DNA from: an uncultured Candidatus Saccharibacteria bacterium
GTDB lineage: Bacteria > Patescibacteriota > Minisyncoccia > Phycocordibacterales > CAZNKJ01
Length of the DNA stretch: 64,000 bases
NCBI GenBank assembly: GCA_964574145.1
Contig: CAZNKJ010000002.1
Location: 2,075-66,074, forward strand
Reading direction: 5' to 3'
This document shows positions 47,604 through 56,784 of this stretch, piece after piece. Every line of letters begins with the position of its first letter. The first letter of the stretch is position 1. The translations under genes were made by a program, and so were the position numbers. The notes beneath the pieces are model-generated. The model was given only the letters and a program-made list of their open reading frames with translations, was not told the origin of the DNA and ran no database searches.

Positions 47604-49448
47604 TTATTCAAGAATCGCTTTTATTCGACGAACACCTGCTGAACTTGCTTCTTCCTTTTTAATTTTAAAATGTCCAAGTATTTTTGTGTTTTCTACGTGA
47701 GGACCACCACAACATTCTATACTGTAGTTTCCAATCTTATATACTTTAACAATATCGTCATATTTTTCTCCAAACAAACCTATTGCACCAAGAGACCTTG
47801 CTTTTTCTAAAGACATTTCCTCGCAAGTAACTTTAAGGTTGTCAGAAATTTTTTCATTAACAATGTTTTCTACTTTTTGTTTTTCTTCCATAGTTAATTT
47901 TTTCTCATGAGAAAAATCAAAACGTAGACGTAAGTCGGTAATATTACTGCCACGCTGTTCAACAGTGTCCCCAAGTACATCTTTTAAAGCTTGGTGTAGT
48001 AAGTGTGTAGCAGTGTGATATTTTATAGACATTTCTTCATGATCTGCTAGACCTCCCTTGAATTTTTGTTTAGCTCCTAATCTTGAAGTTTCTTGATGCT
48101 TGAGCATTTCTTTTTTGAAACCTTCTTCATCAACTTTTATTCCCTTTTCTTGTGCTAATTCTCGAGTTAATTCAAATGGAAATCCATAAGTTGAAAAAAG
48201 TATAAAGGCGTTTCTGCCCGTAATATCTGAATTTGAAAATTTATTAAACTGTTTTAACCCCAGATCTAGTGTGATAGAAAATCTTGCTTCTTCTTCTGAT
48301 ATAATTTTATTTATTTTAATTTCTTGGTCACCAATATTTGGATACTGTTTTTTGTATTCTTCAGCTATTACATTTACAAATGAACCAATAGTTATATCTG
48401 GTTTTAACTTATGCAATTGAAGAATCGCTCTTCTCAGAAGTCTACGTATAAAATACCCTTGTTCCGTATTGCTTGGATACACACCATCTCCTATCATAAA
48501 AACAGCTCCACGAATATGGTCTGCGATTACTCTGAAGGCAAATTTGTTGTCAGCATACTCTTTGCTTGTTAATTCTTCTATTTTTTTTATTATATTCCAC
48601 AAGCTATCTACTCTAAAAACATCCCCGTCATTATTTGCAGCCGCTGTGATCCGTTCTAGACCTCCTCCAAAATCAACATTTCGTTGTTTCATTTCAGCAA
48701 ATGAATCATTTTTATTTTTTATATATTGCATAAAAACAGAATTTCCTATCTCCATAAACCTCCCACAATCACAATTTGGATGACAGTGTTTGCCGAAAGA
48801 TTTATCGTGAGGAATATCAAATTCATAGAAAATCTCAGAATCTGGCCCTCCTGGTTCTCCTGCAGGCATATTTTCAGGAACCCCAGTTCTTGACCACCAG
48901 TTTTTTTTAGCATCATAGTAAAAGATACGTTCTCCTTCTTTCATTCCCCGATCTCCACCATTTTTTTCACTTCCTATATAGATGTCTTTTGCAACAATCC
49001 CTTTACTGATGAATAATTGTTTCCAGATAGAGGCTGATTCAATATCTCTTGGTATATTATTTGATTTATCTCCAGCAAAGACGGTTACATAACACCTGTT
49101 TGGGTCTAATGAAATTTTTTCAATTAAAAATTCAAAACACCAACTAAGTTGATCTTCTTTAAAATATTCTCCTAAAGACCAGTTGCCAAGCATTTCAAAA
49201 AAAGTTGTGTGACGATTATCCCCCACTTCCTCTATGTCTTCCGCTCGAAAACATTTTTGTGAATCTACCAACCTTTTTCCTTGAGGATGTTCTTTACCCA
49301 ATAGATATGGTAATAAAGATTGCATACCAGATCCAGTAAATAAAGTGGTTGGGTCGTTTTCTGGCACTAAAGAGGCTGATGGTATTACAACATGTTTTTT
49401 TTCTTTGAAGAAATCTAGATATAATCTTCTTATTTCATTTGTTTTCAT
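47604..49448 (-). CDS. alaS: alanine--tRNA ligase, compact form lacking the C-Ala domain
   Basis: TLFTGSGMQ class II motif; editing-domain HxxxH (HTATHLLHQAL) and CGGPH; 614 aa. Confidence 0.9.
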   Translation of the reverse strand: MKTNEIRRLYLDFFKEKKHVVIPSASLVPENDPTTLFTGSGMQSLLPYLLGKEHPQGKRLVDSQKCFRAEDIEEVGDNRHTTFFEMLGNWSLGEYFKEDQLSWCFEFLIEKISLDPNRCYVTVFAGDKSNNIPRDIESASIWKQLFISKGIVAKDIYIGSEKNGGDRGMKEGERIFYYDAKKNWWSRTGVPENMPAGEPGGPDSEIFYEFDIPHDKSFGKHCHPNCDCGRFMEIGNSVFMQYIKNKNDSFAEMKQRNVDFGGGLERITAAANNDGDVFRVDSLWNIIKKIEELTSKEYADNKFAFRVIADHIRGAVFMIGDGVYPSNTEQGYFIRRLLRRAILQLHKLKPDITIGSFVNVIAEEYKKQYPNIGDQEIKINKIISEEEARFSITLDLGLKQFNKFSNSDITGRNAFILFSTYGFPFELTRELAQEKGIKVDEEGFKKEMLKHQETSRLGAKQKFKGGLADHEEMSIKYHTATHLLHQALKDVLGDTVEQRGSNITDLRLRFDFSHEKKLTMEEKQKVENIVNEKISDNLKVTCEEMSLEKARSLGAIGLFGEKYDDIVKVYKIGNYSIECCGGPHVENTKILGHFKIKKEEASSAGVRRIKAILE

Positions 49449-49538
49449 TTTTAACTTTCTATAATTTTCTAAAAAAGAAAGACTCTTATTTGCACAGAGT
49501 ATAACGAAATGGTTATTTTTTCAACAATTTTATTTTGG

Positions 49539-51326
49539 TTAAAGTAGTTTGTCTAATTTTTTGATATCGTTTTCTATACTCTCTATTCCTTTTTTGAAAA
49601 AATTTGGATTTCTGGTGTCTATTCCAATATTCATAAAAATTTCTTCTGGTGAGGTACTCGCTCCAGCAGATAAGAAAGATTTTATTTCATTTTTGAAATT
49701 TTTATTTTCTCTATATTTTTCTACCATAGCTCTACTTATTATTTGACCGTAAGCATATGAATATACGTAAAAGAATCGTCGAAAATGAGACACAGCTACA
49801 AAAAAATATCCATCCAAGTCTTTTAAAGAAAAAAGAGGACCTAGGTATTCTTTCATGTGTTTATTTAGTGTCTTCGCTATCTTTTCTTTAGACATGAACC
49901 CCTCCTCTCTTATTTTTACATGTAATTCCTCTTCAAAATTAAAAAAGGCTATTTGTCTAAAAATAGAATTGACATCATCACTTATTTTGTCATGTAAAGC
50001 TATCTTTTTTTCTGAATAAGACAAGTTTTTAAATATTGCATCAAAAGCTAATTGTTCAAAAAGAGTACTTGCTGTCTCTGCGACAGAAGTGCTGTGTCCT
50101 TGGTAGAAAGCAGGCTGTTTTTTAGACATCTCAGCGTGTATAGCATGACCCATCTCGTGTGCGAGAGTTGTGTAAGATCTAAAATCATTTGTATGATTAA
50201 GTAGCACCATAGTTGGTACTCCAACAGAACTAGAACAATAAGCTCCACCTGTCTTCCCTTTTTGTGGGTACACATCTATCTGCCCCTTTTTTAGAAAAGA
50301 ATTAAATATATCTAGATACTTAGGATCAATGTCTTTTAATACGTCTCGATAAAGATCACAAGCATCTTTGAATAAAATTTTATGTTTTGTTTTTCCTACA
50401 GAAGCATTTCTATCAACATATTTCAGTTTTTTTAAGCCCAACATTTTACTTTTTACTTCGTAGAAACGATGTGCAACATTGTTCATTTCAGTTACACACT
50501 TTACAAGACCAATTACACTTTTTTCTTCATTTTCGTAACCTAATATAGTAGAACTATATGGTTTTTTAAAACCGCGCAATTCGTCATCTGTCTTTTTATT
50601 TAATACCACTGCATTTAATTCACTTTCAGCAAAATCACTGATCTCTTTAAACTTACCGAGAATAGAATCGTGCAGACTATGTCGATCTTTTGTTTTTAAA
50701 GAAGGGAGGATACCCATTGCTTCTGCAATAGGTAATTTTTTTTTCTTGTAAGTAATTATTTGAGTAGAAATCAATTTATCAACTCCATCTACCCATAAGG
50801 AGTAACTGGTCTGTGATTTTAGGTTTAAGATTTTCTCTTCAGGTTCGGATAAATCATATTTACTTTCTTCAAAAATTCTTTTCAGGAAATAACGATACTT
50901 GCCCAGAGTTGGATTGTTTAGAAAACTTTTTTGTAACTTGGAATCAATACGACCAAGCCTTAACAGAAAAAACAAAATTTTATTACCTAATTTTGTAAAC
51001 TCATCTTCCAGTTTAGTAAGTTTGGAGACAGCGTCCGAATCCGATGAATTAAGTTCTTTTAAATATAGATAATAAAACAAAGCACGCTCCCCAGAGGAGT
51101 CTGCTTCTAGTTTTTCATAATCCTCTAAAGCATGTAACAGTTTATTTGCATCTTTAAGATAGTCTGTTTTTGGTTTGTACTTTTTTTCAAAAGCAATAAT
51201 TATTTTTTTCTCTTTTTCAACGTCACTCTTTATATCTTTAGAATTTCGTGAATTATAAAAAAGCTGTAAATTCCACTTTGTTTTCATATTAATATCTGCT
51301 GTATTATGTATTAATAGATCTGACAA
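49539..51326 (-). CDS. pepF: oligoendopeptidase F (peptidase M3B)
   Basis: HEMGHAIH zinc motif, 595 aa. Confidence 0.9.
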   Translation of the reverse strand: MSDLLIHNTADINMKTKWNLQLFYNSRNSKDIKSDVEKEKKIIIAFEKKYKPKTDYLKDANKLLHALEDYEKLEADSSGERALFYYLYLKELNSSDSDAVSKLTKLEDEFTKLGNKILFFLLRLGRIDSKLQKSFLNNPTLGKYRYFLKRIFEESKYDLSEPEEKILNLKSQTSYSLWVDGVDKLISTQIITYKKKKLPIAEAMGILPSLKTKDRHSLHDSILGKFKEISDFAESELNAVVLNKKTDDELRGFKKPYSSTILGYENEEKSVIGLVKCVTEMNNVAHRFYEVKSKMLGLKKLKYVDRNASVGKTKHKILFKDACDLYRDVLKDIDPKYLDIFNSFLKKGQIDVYPQKGKTGGAYCSSSVGVPTMVLLNHTNDFRSYTTLAHEMGHAIHAEMSKKQPAFYQGHSTSVAETASTLFEQLAFDAIFKNLSYSEKKIALHDKISDDVNSIFRQIAFFNFEEELHVKIREEGFMSKEKIAKTLNKHMKEYLGPLFSLKDLDGYFFVAVSHFRRFFYVYSYAYGQIISRAMVEKYRENKNFKNEIKSFLSAGASTSPEEIFMNIGIDTRNPNFFKKGIESIENDIKKLDKLL

Positions 51327-51353
51327 AGCAATGGATTGCTAATATCATAGATA

Positions 51354-51917
51354 TTAAATTTTGCGTAAAAAGAATTTATAATCACTGAAAACTTTTTCTA
51401 GTTTTTTTACGATAGGTGATTTTAATTTTGATTTAATTATCTCTATTATTTCTTCATAAAATTCTATTCGGGTTTCAACAGTTCCTGAAAATTCTTTAAG
51501 AAAAGAAGAAGGTACTTCCTTGTACCCAATTAGAATAGAAGCAAAATTATGTATTTTATCCGCCGAAGCAACAAGCAAGGATTCTGTAGGCGCAGACTTT
51601 AATCCTGTGATATATCCCTTTTTTCTCTTCCCCCAAGACTTTGCATTTTTAGGTTCAGTAACACCAACCACTATATTTCTTACTTTAGCTCCAAAATCCT
51701 TCAACATTTTTTCTTCTGTATATTCGGTGTCTTCTAAGGTGTCATGCAAAAGTGCTGCGATAATGATATCTTCATCATTGGTGTAATTAGAGACTATCAA
51801 AGCTACAGAAAAAAGGTGGGTAATATAAGGAAGCTGAACAGAACCCTTACGTTTCTGTCCTTTGTGAAATTCTCCTATAACACAAATAGCTTTTTCTATT
51901 CTGTCGGAATATTTCAT
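51354..51917 (-). CDS. small HD-domain (p)ppGpp hydrolase (RelA/SpoT hydrolase-domain-only, Mesh1/SAH-like)
   Basis: HKGQKRKGSVQLPYITHLFSVA ... AALLHDTLEDT ... ADKIHN matches the RelA/SpoT HD consensus. Confidence 0.75.
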   Translation of the reverse strand: MKYSDRIEKAICVIGEFHKGQKRKGSVQLPYITHLFSVALIVSNYTNDEDIIIAALLHDTLEDTEYTEEKMLKDFGAKVRNIVVGVTEPKNAKSWGKRKKGYITGLKSAPTESLLVASADKIHNFASILIGYKEVPSSFLKEFSGTVETRIEFYEEIIEIIKSKLKSPIVKKLEKVFSDYKFFLRKI

Positions 51918-52522
51918 TAGCCCACCTTGTTAAGAGTGGCTAATACTTTAAAATCTTTCTCCAGAGTAGTTATTAGATCTCTATTATATATAGCTGCCGC
52001 AGGATGATATTGAGGTGCTATGAGTACAGGTCCATAAGATGTTTTAGTTTTATATATTTTGCCATGAGCTGTGCTGATTGGTTCAAGTTCAGACTCAAGA
52101 TCAAATTTCTTCATGATATAAATCATTGAATAACGACCTAGGGTTGCAATAACAGAGGGTTGAATTATCTCTATTTGCCTATCTAGGAAAGGTCCGTATA
52201 TCTCTATTTCAGAAGGAAGTGGGTCTCGGTTTTCAGGAGGACGATCTTTTACTATATTAGTTATATAAACGTCTTCTCGCGCAATTTTTATAGAAGCGAG
52301 CAATCTATCTAAAGTTTTTCCAGCCGCGCCGCAAAAAGGTTTCCCTTGTTTAGCCTCATTTCTTCCTGGCGCTTCACCAATAAACATAATATTTGCATTA
52401 TGATCACCTTCTCCAAGGACAGGATAGTAATTATTTTCTGTACGAAAATTATATAGCGGAGATTTGTTTAAAGTAAAAACCTCATCTCGTATAGATTCCA
52501 TCTCTTTTGTTTTGTTTTTCAT
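51917..52522 (-). CDS. uracil-DNA glycosylase family 4
   Basis: GEGDHNANIMFIGEAPGRNE and FCGAAGKTL motifs. Confidence 0.85.
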   Translation of the reverse strand: MKNKTKEMESIRDEVFTLNKSPLYNFRTENNYYPVLGEGDHNANIMFIGEAPGRNEAKQGKPFCGAAGKTLDRLLASIKIAREDVYITNIVKDRPPENRDPLPSEIEIYGPFLDRQIEIIQPSVIATLGRYSMIYIMKKFDLESELEPISTAHGKIYKTKTSYGPVLIAPQYHPAAAIYNRDLITTLEKDFKVLATLNKVG

Positions 52523-52803
52523 AGAGCTTTTTCTTTTTTAAGCATCTCTATTTTCTTTTGTCTACCACCATTATATCCTCCTGGGGTGCCATTCTTACGT
52601 ATGACACGATGACATGGTATATCTGGATTGTGGTTCGCTTTCATTATATTTCCAACAGCTCTGTGTGCGAGAGGGTTACCTGCTTTCTCAGCAACTTCTT
52701 TGTAAGACATTGTTTCGCCTGAAGGAATAGCTTTTACTATAAAAAGTACCCTGTCTTTAAACCCTAGCTGATCTAAATATTTAAATATCTTACTCATAAT
52801 CAA
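52519..52803 (-). CDS. ogt: methylated-DNA--protein-cysteine methyltransferase (short, C-terminal-domain-only form)
   Basis: SYKEVAEKAGNPLAHRAVGN ... IPCHRVI active-site cysteine. Confidence 0.8.
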   Translation of the reverse strand: MIMSKIFKYLDQLGFKDRVLFIVKAIPSGETMSYKEVAEKAGNPLAHRAVGNIMKANHNPDIPCHRVIRKNGTPGGYNGGRQKKIEMLKKEKAL

Positions 52804-52813
52804 TTAGGTTGTA

Positions 52814-53698
52814 TTAAAACAAGGTTGGAGTATCGCTCAAACTTTCTCTACACACGTCTTTTCTTTGTCTTTTCTGCTTGGTTCGACCTTGATCCAGATA
52901 CATTTTTTGTAATTTTTTCCCGGAAGCCTCTCTATAAGAACAAAATTCACAATTATTACCTGAGATGGGAATATTATTACTCTCAAGACATTTTTTGATT
53001 TTCTCCAAAGTTGGTTCTATCCATTCTGTTTGTCCATCACATGGAACGACTGTTATTTCAAATTTTAATTTTCCATCAAAAACATCCTCTTCGGCACGAG
53101 CATTAGCATAAACAAAATATCCAGTTTTACTTACAGGAAAATTATTTTGAAGAAGAAGCCATTGATATACTCCTATTTGTCTCTTGTATTGATCTTCCCA
53201 AGAAGAATCAGATAAAGATTCTATTCTTCCTTTTTTAGAAGTTGATTTATAATCAACTACAATCAGCTCCCCTCTTTCATTTTGCCATATATCATCTACG
53301 GCTCCTGAAACAATAAAACCTGTAGGTTTATGTGTAAACTGTAAACCTTTAAAATTTTCTCTCCAAATATCCATATCTTTATGTTCATACGGTATTGCTT
53401 TAATAGAGTTTTGTGTCATTAGAGGGTGTGATTCCTTTTTTGCACGATAAATATCAAACTCTTTTTTAAAGAGAGTATCAACTGCTATATTTATAGTAAA
53501 AGCAGGCCCTCTTGGGCGGGCTGTGCCTAATTTATTGTTCAAATAGAAACAACGAGGACATTCTATAAAAAGATCTATTTTTGATCGAGAAAGCCTCCAT
53601 TTTTTACCTCCATAATTCCAATCTGAAGAACGGTTTGGGTTATATGCCATTGGCAATACTATATCACAGACATAGCAACATCTGGTATAGAGATTCAA
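52814..53698 (-). CDS. Cas4-like PD-(D/E)xK (RecB-family) nuclease with Fe-S cysteines, standalone
   Basis: SKIDLFIECPRCFYL (Cas4 N-terminal Cys motif), VVDYKST, QYKRQIGVYQWLL (QhxxY), C-terminal C-x12-C-x2-C. Confidence 0.7.
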   Translation of the reverse strand: MNLYTRCCYVCDIVLPMAYNPNRSSDWNYGGKKWRLSRSKIDLFIECPRCFYLNNKLGTARPRGPAFTINIAVDTLFKKEFDIYRAKKESHPLMTQNSIKAIPYEHKDMDIWRENFKGLQFTHKPTGFIVSGAVDDIWQNERGELIVVDYKSTSKKGRIESLSDSSWEDQYKRQIGVYQWLLLQNNFPVSKTGYFVYANARAEEDVFDGKLKFEITVVPCDGQTEWIEPTLEKIKKCLESNNIPISGNNCEFCSYREASGKKLQKMYLDQGRTKQKRQRKDVCRESLSDTPTLF

Positions 53699-54195
53699 TC
53701 TTCGTCTTCAAAATCATCATCTACTACACGAGTATGGTTTCCATCATAGGAAAAAAACTTCAAACGACTCTCGACAAACCAAAGAATAGAAAAAACAAAA
53801 AGAGTTAAAATGGTTGTGAAAGTTGCTAAAATATATAATTTATAACCAGTAGCTACTCCAACACCTGCAGCTACCCAAAGACCTGCTGCTGTTGTAATTC
53901 CGCGCACTGATGATTCTCTGACAATAATGAGCCCTGCTCCGATAAAGCCAACCCCTGTAATAATTCCCGACATGACACGAAGAGGGTCCACATTCGTAAT
54001 ACCTATCAAAGTTTGTGCAACTACAGTTGAAATTATAATAAACAAACAAGCTCCTAGAGAAACGAGTGCGTATGTACGCATTCCCGCAGTTTTTCCAGCT
54101 ATTGCTCTTTCGGCTCCCAAAGACATACCTAATATCATAGCGATAAGTAGTTGTAAAAAGAGAGATATTTCTGAGCTAATGGATAATATTTCCAT
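53695..54195 (-). CDS. MgtC/SapB family membrane protein
   Basis: GMSLGAERAIAGKTAGMRTYALVSLGACLF. Confidence 0.8.
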   Translation of the reverse strand: MEILSISSEISLFLQLLIAMILGMSLGAERAIAGKTAGMRTYALVSLGACLFIIISTVVAQTLIGITNVDPLRVMSGIITGVGFIGAGLIIVRESSVRGITTAAGLWVAAGVGVATGYKLYILATFTTILTLFVFSILWFVESRLKFFSYDGNHTRVVDDDFEDED

Positions 54196-54221
54196 TGTAT
54201 TTTTAATTTAATCTAATGCTA

Positions 54222-54731
54222 CTAAATAGTTTCAAATGTAGCCATTATTGGTTGCTGGTCTTTATCAATAAGAATAGAATCCACACCTAACTCAAAAGCT
54301 CTATCTCCATTGTCGCTATAAAGTACAGCATAATATATATTACCGGGGGTAGTGTCTCGAAGAAGCTCTACACTACCTCGCGAAACACCCTCTGGGAACA
54401 AGTAAGCCCCTAGTACGTTACCTAACTTACCATTAAGGTCTTCATGTATAGCAACCCATCCTGAGTGTTCAAGAATTACATTAGAAACACGAACATAACT
54501 TCCCGCCTCTTGATTAACAATATCTACTCGTGCTGTTTCGCCAGAGAGAACAGGAAAACCTTTCTTTGTTAATGTTCTTTCTTCTTTTGTTATCACCTTT
54601 TCTTCCTTTTGGTATTTTTCAGAATTTTTAACTTTAGTATCGATATTCCATATTAAAACAGTACCGATTCCTATAGTAAATCCAACAAAAGCAGAAATGA
54701 GAATTTTTTGATTTATTGAAAGTGTATACAT
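54222..54731 (-). CDS. membrane-anchored protein of unknown function
   Basis: N-terminal TM then about 130-aa soluble domain; no family recognised. Confidence 0.4.
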   Translation of the reverse strand: MYTLSINQKILISAFVGFTIGIGTVLIWNIDTKVKNSEKYQKEEKVITKEERTLTKKGFPVLSGETARVDIVNQEAGSYVRVSNVILEHSGWVAIHEDLNGKLGNVLGAYLFPEGVSRGSVELLRDTTPGNIYYAVLYSDNGDRAFELGVDSILIDKDQQPIMATFETI

Positions 54732-54781
54732 AATTCACATTTTTTTAGACTTGATTAAAATATTTTCTTCTACGAAAGTCA

Positions 54782-55609
54782 TTATACCCCTTTTGGAGTC
54801 TTACACAACAAAAGCCCCTCAGCTACAACTTTTTCTAATTTTTTCTCCGAAAAAACCTCTTTTAGTACTTCGGGCTTTGTGTGCAGCTGTTTACATAGGA
54901 TAATTCCTTTTTCAAGCAGAAGTTTTTTTTCTTGATTAGTAGGACTAACAAGAGCTGTGACTGGCTGGATACCAGTTTCTTCAATGAGATCTTGTAAAGA
55001 TCCACCCTCAGGGTAACTCCAAGACATCATGGTTAATCCACGACAAGTACCATATTCAACAGCATCTTTTGTAAAACGTGTATTGGTGATAAGCCATCCT
55101 TCGTCAACAACTTTTGGTTTTAAGTCAACGAAACGGGCATCTACATAAAGAGCTACTTTTAAATCGGAAGTTAGAGAAAGAGAATTATGAAATTTCATTT
55201 CTGCACCTATTCGCACACCATCTTTTTCTGCAATAAGATCTACTTCATGATTAGCGCACTTACCATTTGTAATAACTCCTGTTTTTGTACTATATCCCCG
55301 CGCTTTAAAAATTTCAGCGACAAAATCTTCAAAAGGAAATCCACTTGGACCTAGCTCTTGAACTGCTCTCTTCATAGAATAGCGAGCTGCAGGAATATGT
55401 GCTTTTCTTTTTTTTAGAAGAGAGAAGGCGTGTTTATATATATGAGAAGTGGTATCATTTTCTTGTACCTCTTTTTTTACATGCGCAACTATTGCATCAG
55501 AAATTGTAGGATCAGCCCCAGATCGTCTGAGAGAAGATCGGAGTTTTTCTGGAATAAACGGTTCAGTGTCACCATTCTGTTTTTTAATATTAGGATACTG
55601 ATTATTCAT
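54782..55609 (-). CDS. ATP-cone domain fused to an Mrr-like restriction-endonuclease catalytic domain
   Basis: N-terminal KKQNGDTEPFIPEKLRSSLRRSGA (ATP-cone, NrdR-like); C-terminal FEDFVAEIFKARGY ... HEVDLIAE ... AEMKF (Mrr_cat D/ExK). Confidence 0.6.
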   Translation of the reverse strand: MNNQYPNIKKQNGDTEPFIPEKLRSSLRRSGADPTISDAIVAHVKKEVQENDTTSHIYKHAFSLLKKRKAHIPAARYSMKRAVQELGPSGFPFEDFVAEIFKARGYSTKTGVITNGKCANHEVDLIAEKDGVRIGAEMKFHNSLSLTSDLKVALYVDARFVDLKPKVVDEGWLITNTRFTKDAVEYGTCRGLTMMSWSYPEGGSLQDLIEETGIQPVTALVSPTNQEKKLLLEKGIILCKQLHTKPEVLKEVFSEKKLEKVVAEGLLLCKTPKGV

Positions 55610-55642
55610 TGTAACTATTAGTATAACGTGAAATTAAATATT

Positions 55643-56743
55643 TCAGACAATAATACCTCCCCCTAAACACCTTAATCCTTTGAAACCCTTAACTGACCCT
55701 TCTTCATATAACACCACAGATTGTCCACTTGAGACCAGAGGAAGAGTGTCTTTAAAGCATACTTTTGCAGTATTTTCGTCTTTTATAGCTATCAAAACAC
55801 TAAGCAAGTTACCTCGTAATCGTACCCTTGCTTTATATAGTTTATTTTTTTGCGGGATATCACCTATCCAATTGGTGTTCTTTATATTCAATTCATCAGA
55901 TTTTTTATTCAAAGATACTGGTTGGTTAGAAACTATTAAGATGTTTTCTTTTATATCCTTACCAACCACATAGAGAGCTTTGTGTAAAGATGTATCAGTT
56001 ATATGAAAACCGTGTCGCTCCCCCAAAGTAAAAAACTCAACTCCGTCATGTGTACCAACCTTCTTACCTGTCTCAGAGAGAACCACACACCCTTTTTTAC
56101 CAACAATGTAGTGGTGTAAGAAGTCTTTCATATTTATTGACCCAATAAAACATAACCCCTGACTATCTTTTTTCCGGGCAGTAGGTAAAGCATGCTTTAC
56201 AGCGATTCGGCGTGTTTCTTTTTTATTCATTCCACCAACAGGAAACTGCATAGACAGGAGGCTAGCATTTTCAACCGCCCACAGAAAATATGATTGATCT
56301 TTCTCCTTATCAACAGATTCCCAAAGAGTTGGAGTTTCGTTATTAAAAATTTGAGCATAATGCCCTGTAGCAACACCATCAGCCCCCATCTTTTTTGCCC
56401 ACTCAAGAAAAGCTCCAAATTTCACTTCCTTATTGCACAAAACATCAGGATTAGGAGTAAGTCCTTTATTATAACATTGCAACATTACCTCTATCACGCT
56501 TTTTTTATATACAGCCTCCAAGTCCAATGTTTTAAAAGTTATTCCAAGGTGAGCACAAACACGCATTGCGTCAAGTCTATCTTCTTTCCATGTACATTGA
56601 ATAAAATCAGGTTGCCATACTTTTATGAACACACCAACTACCTCATAATCCTGTTTCTTCAAAAGTAACGCGGAAACTGAACTATCTACTCCACCAGAGA
56701 GTCCGACATATATCTTTTTTCTTTTCTTATCCGAGTTAGTCAC
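55643..56743 (-). CDS. mnmA: tRNA-specific 2-thiouridylase MnmA
   Basis: PP-loop IYVGLSGGVDSSVSA, MnmA cysteines. Confidence 0.9.
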   Translation of the reverse strand: MTNSDKKRKKIYVGLSGGVDSSVSALLLKKQDYEVVGVFIKVWQPDFIQCTWKEDRLDAMRVCAHLGITFKTLDLEAVYKKSVIEVMLQCYNKGLTPNPDVLCNKEVKFGAFLEWAKKMGADGVATGHYAQIFNNETPTLWESVDKEKDQSYFLWAVENASLLSMQFPVGGMNKKETRRIAVKHALPTARKKDSQGLCFIGSINMKDFLHHYIVGKKGCVVLSETGKKVGTHDGVEFFTLGERHGFHITDTSLHKALYVVGKDIKENILIVSNQPVSLNKKSDELNIKNTNWIGDIPQKNKLYKARVRLRGNLLSVLIAIKDENTAKVCFKDTLPLVSSGQSVVLYEEGSVKGFKGLRCLGGGIIV

Positions 56744-56784
56744 ATTTGAGAGAATAGCAAAATTTTTTATTAAAATAAAGAAAA

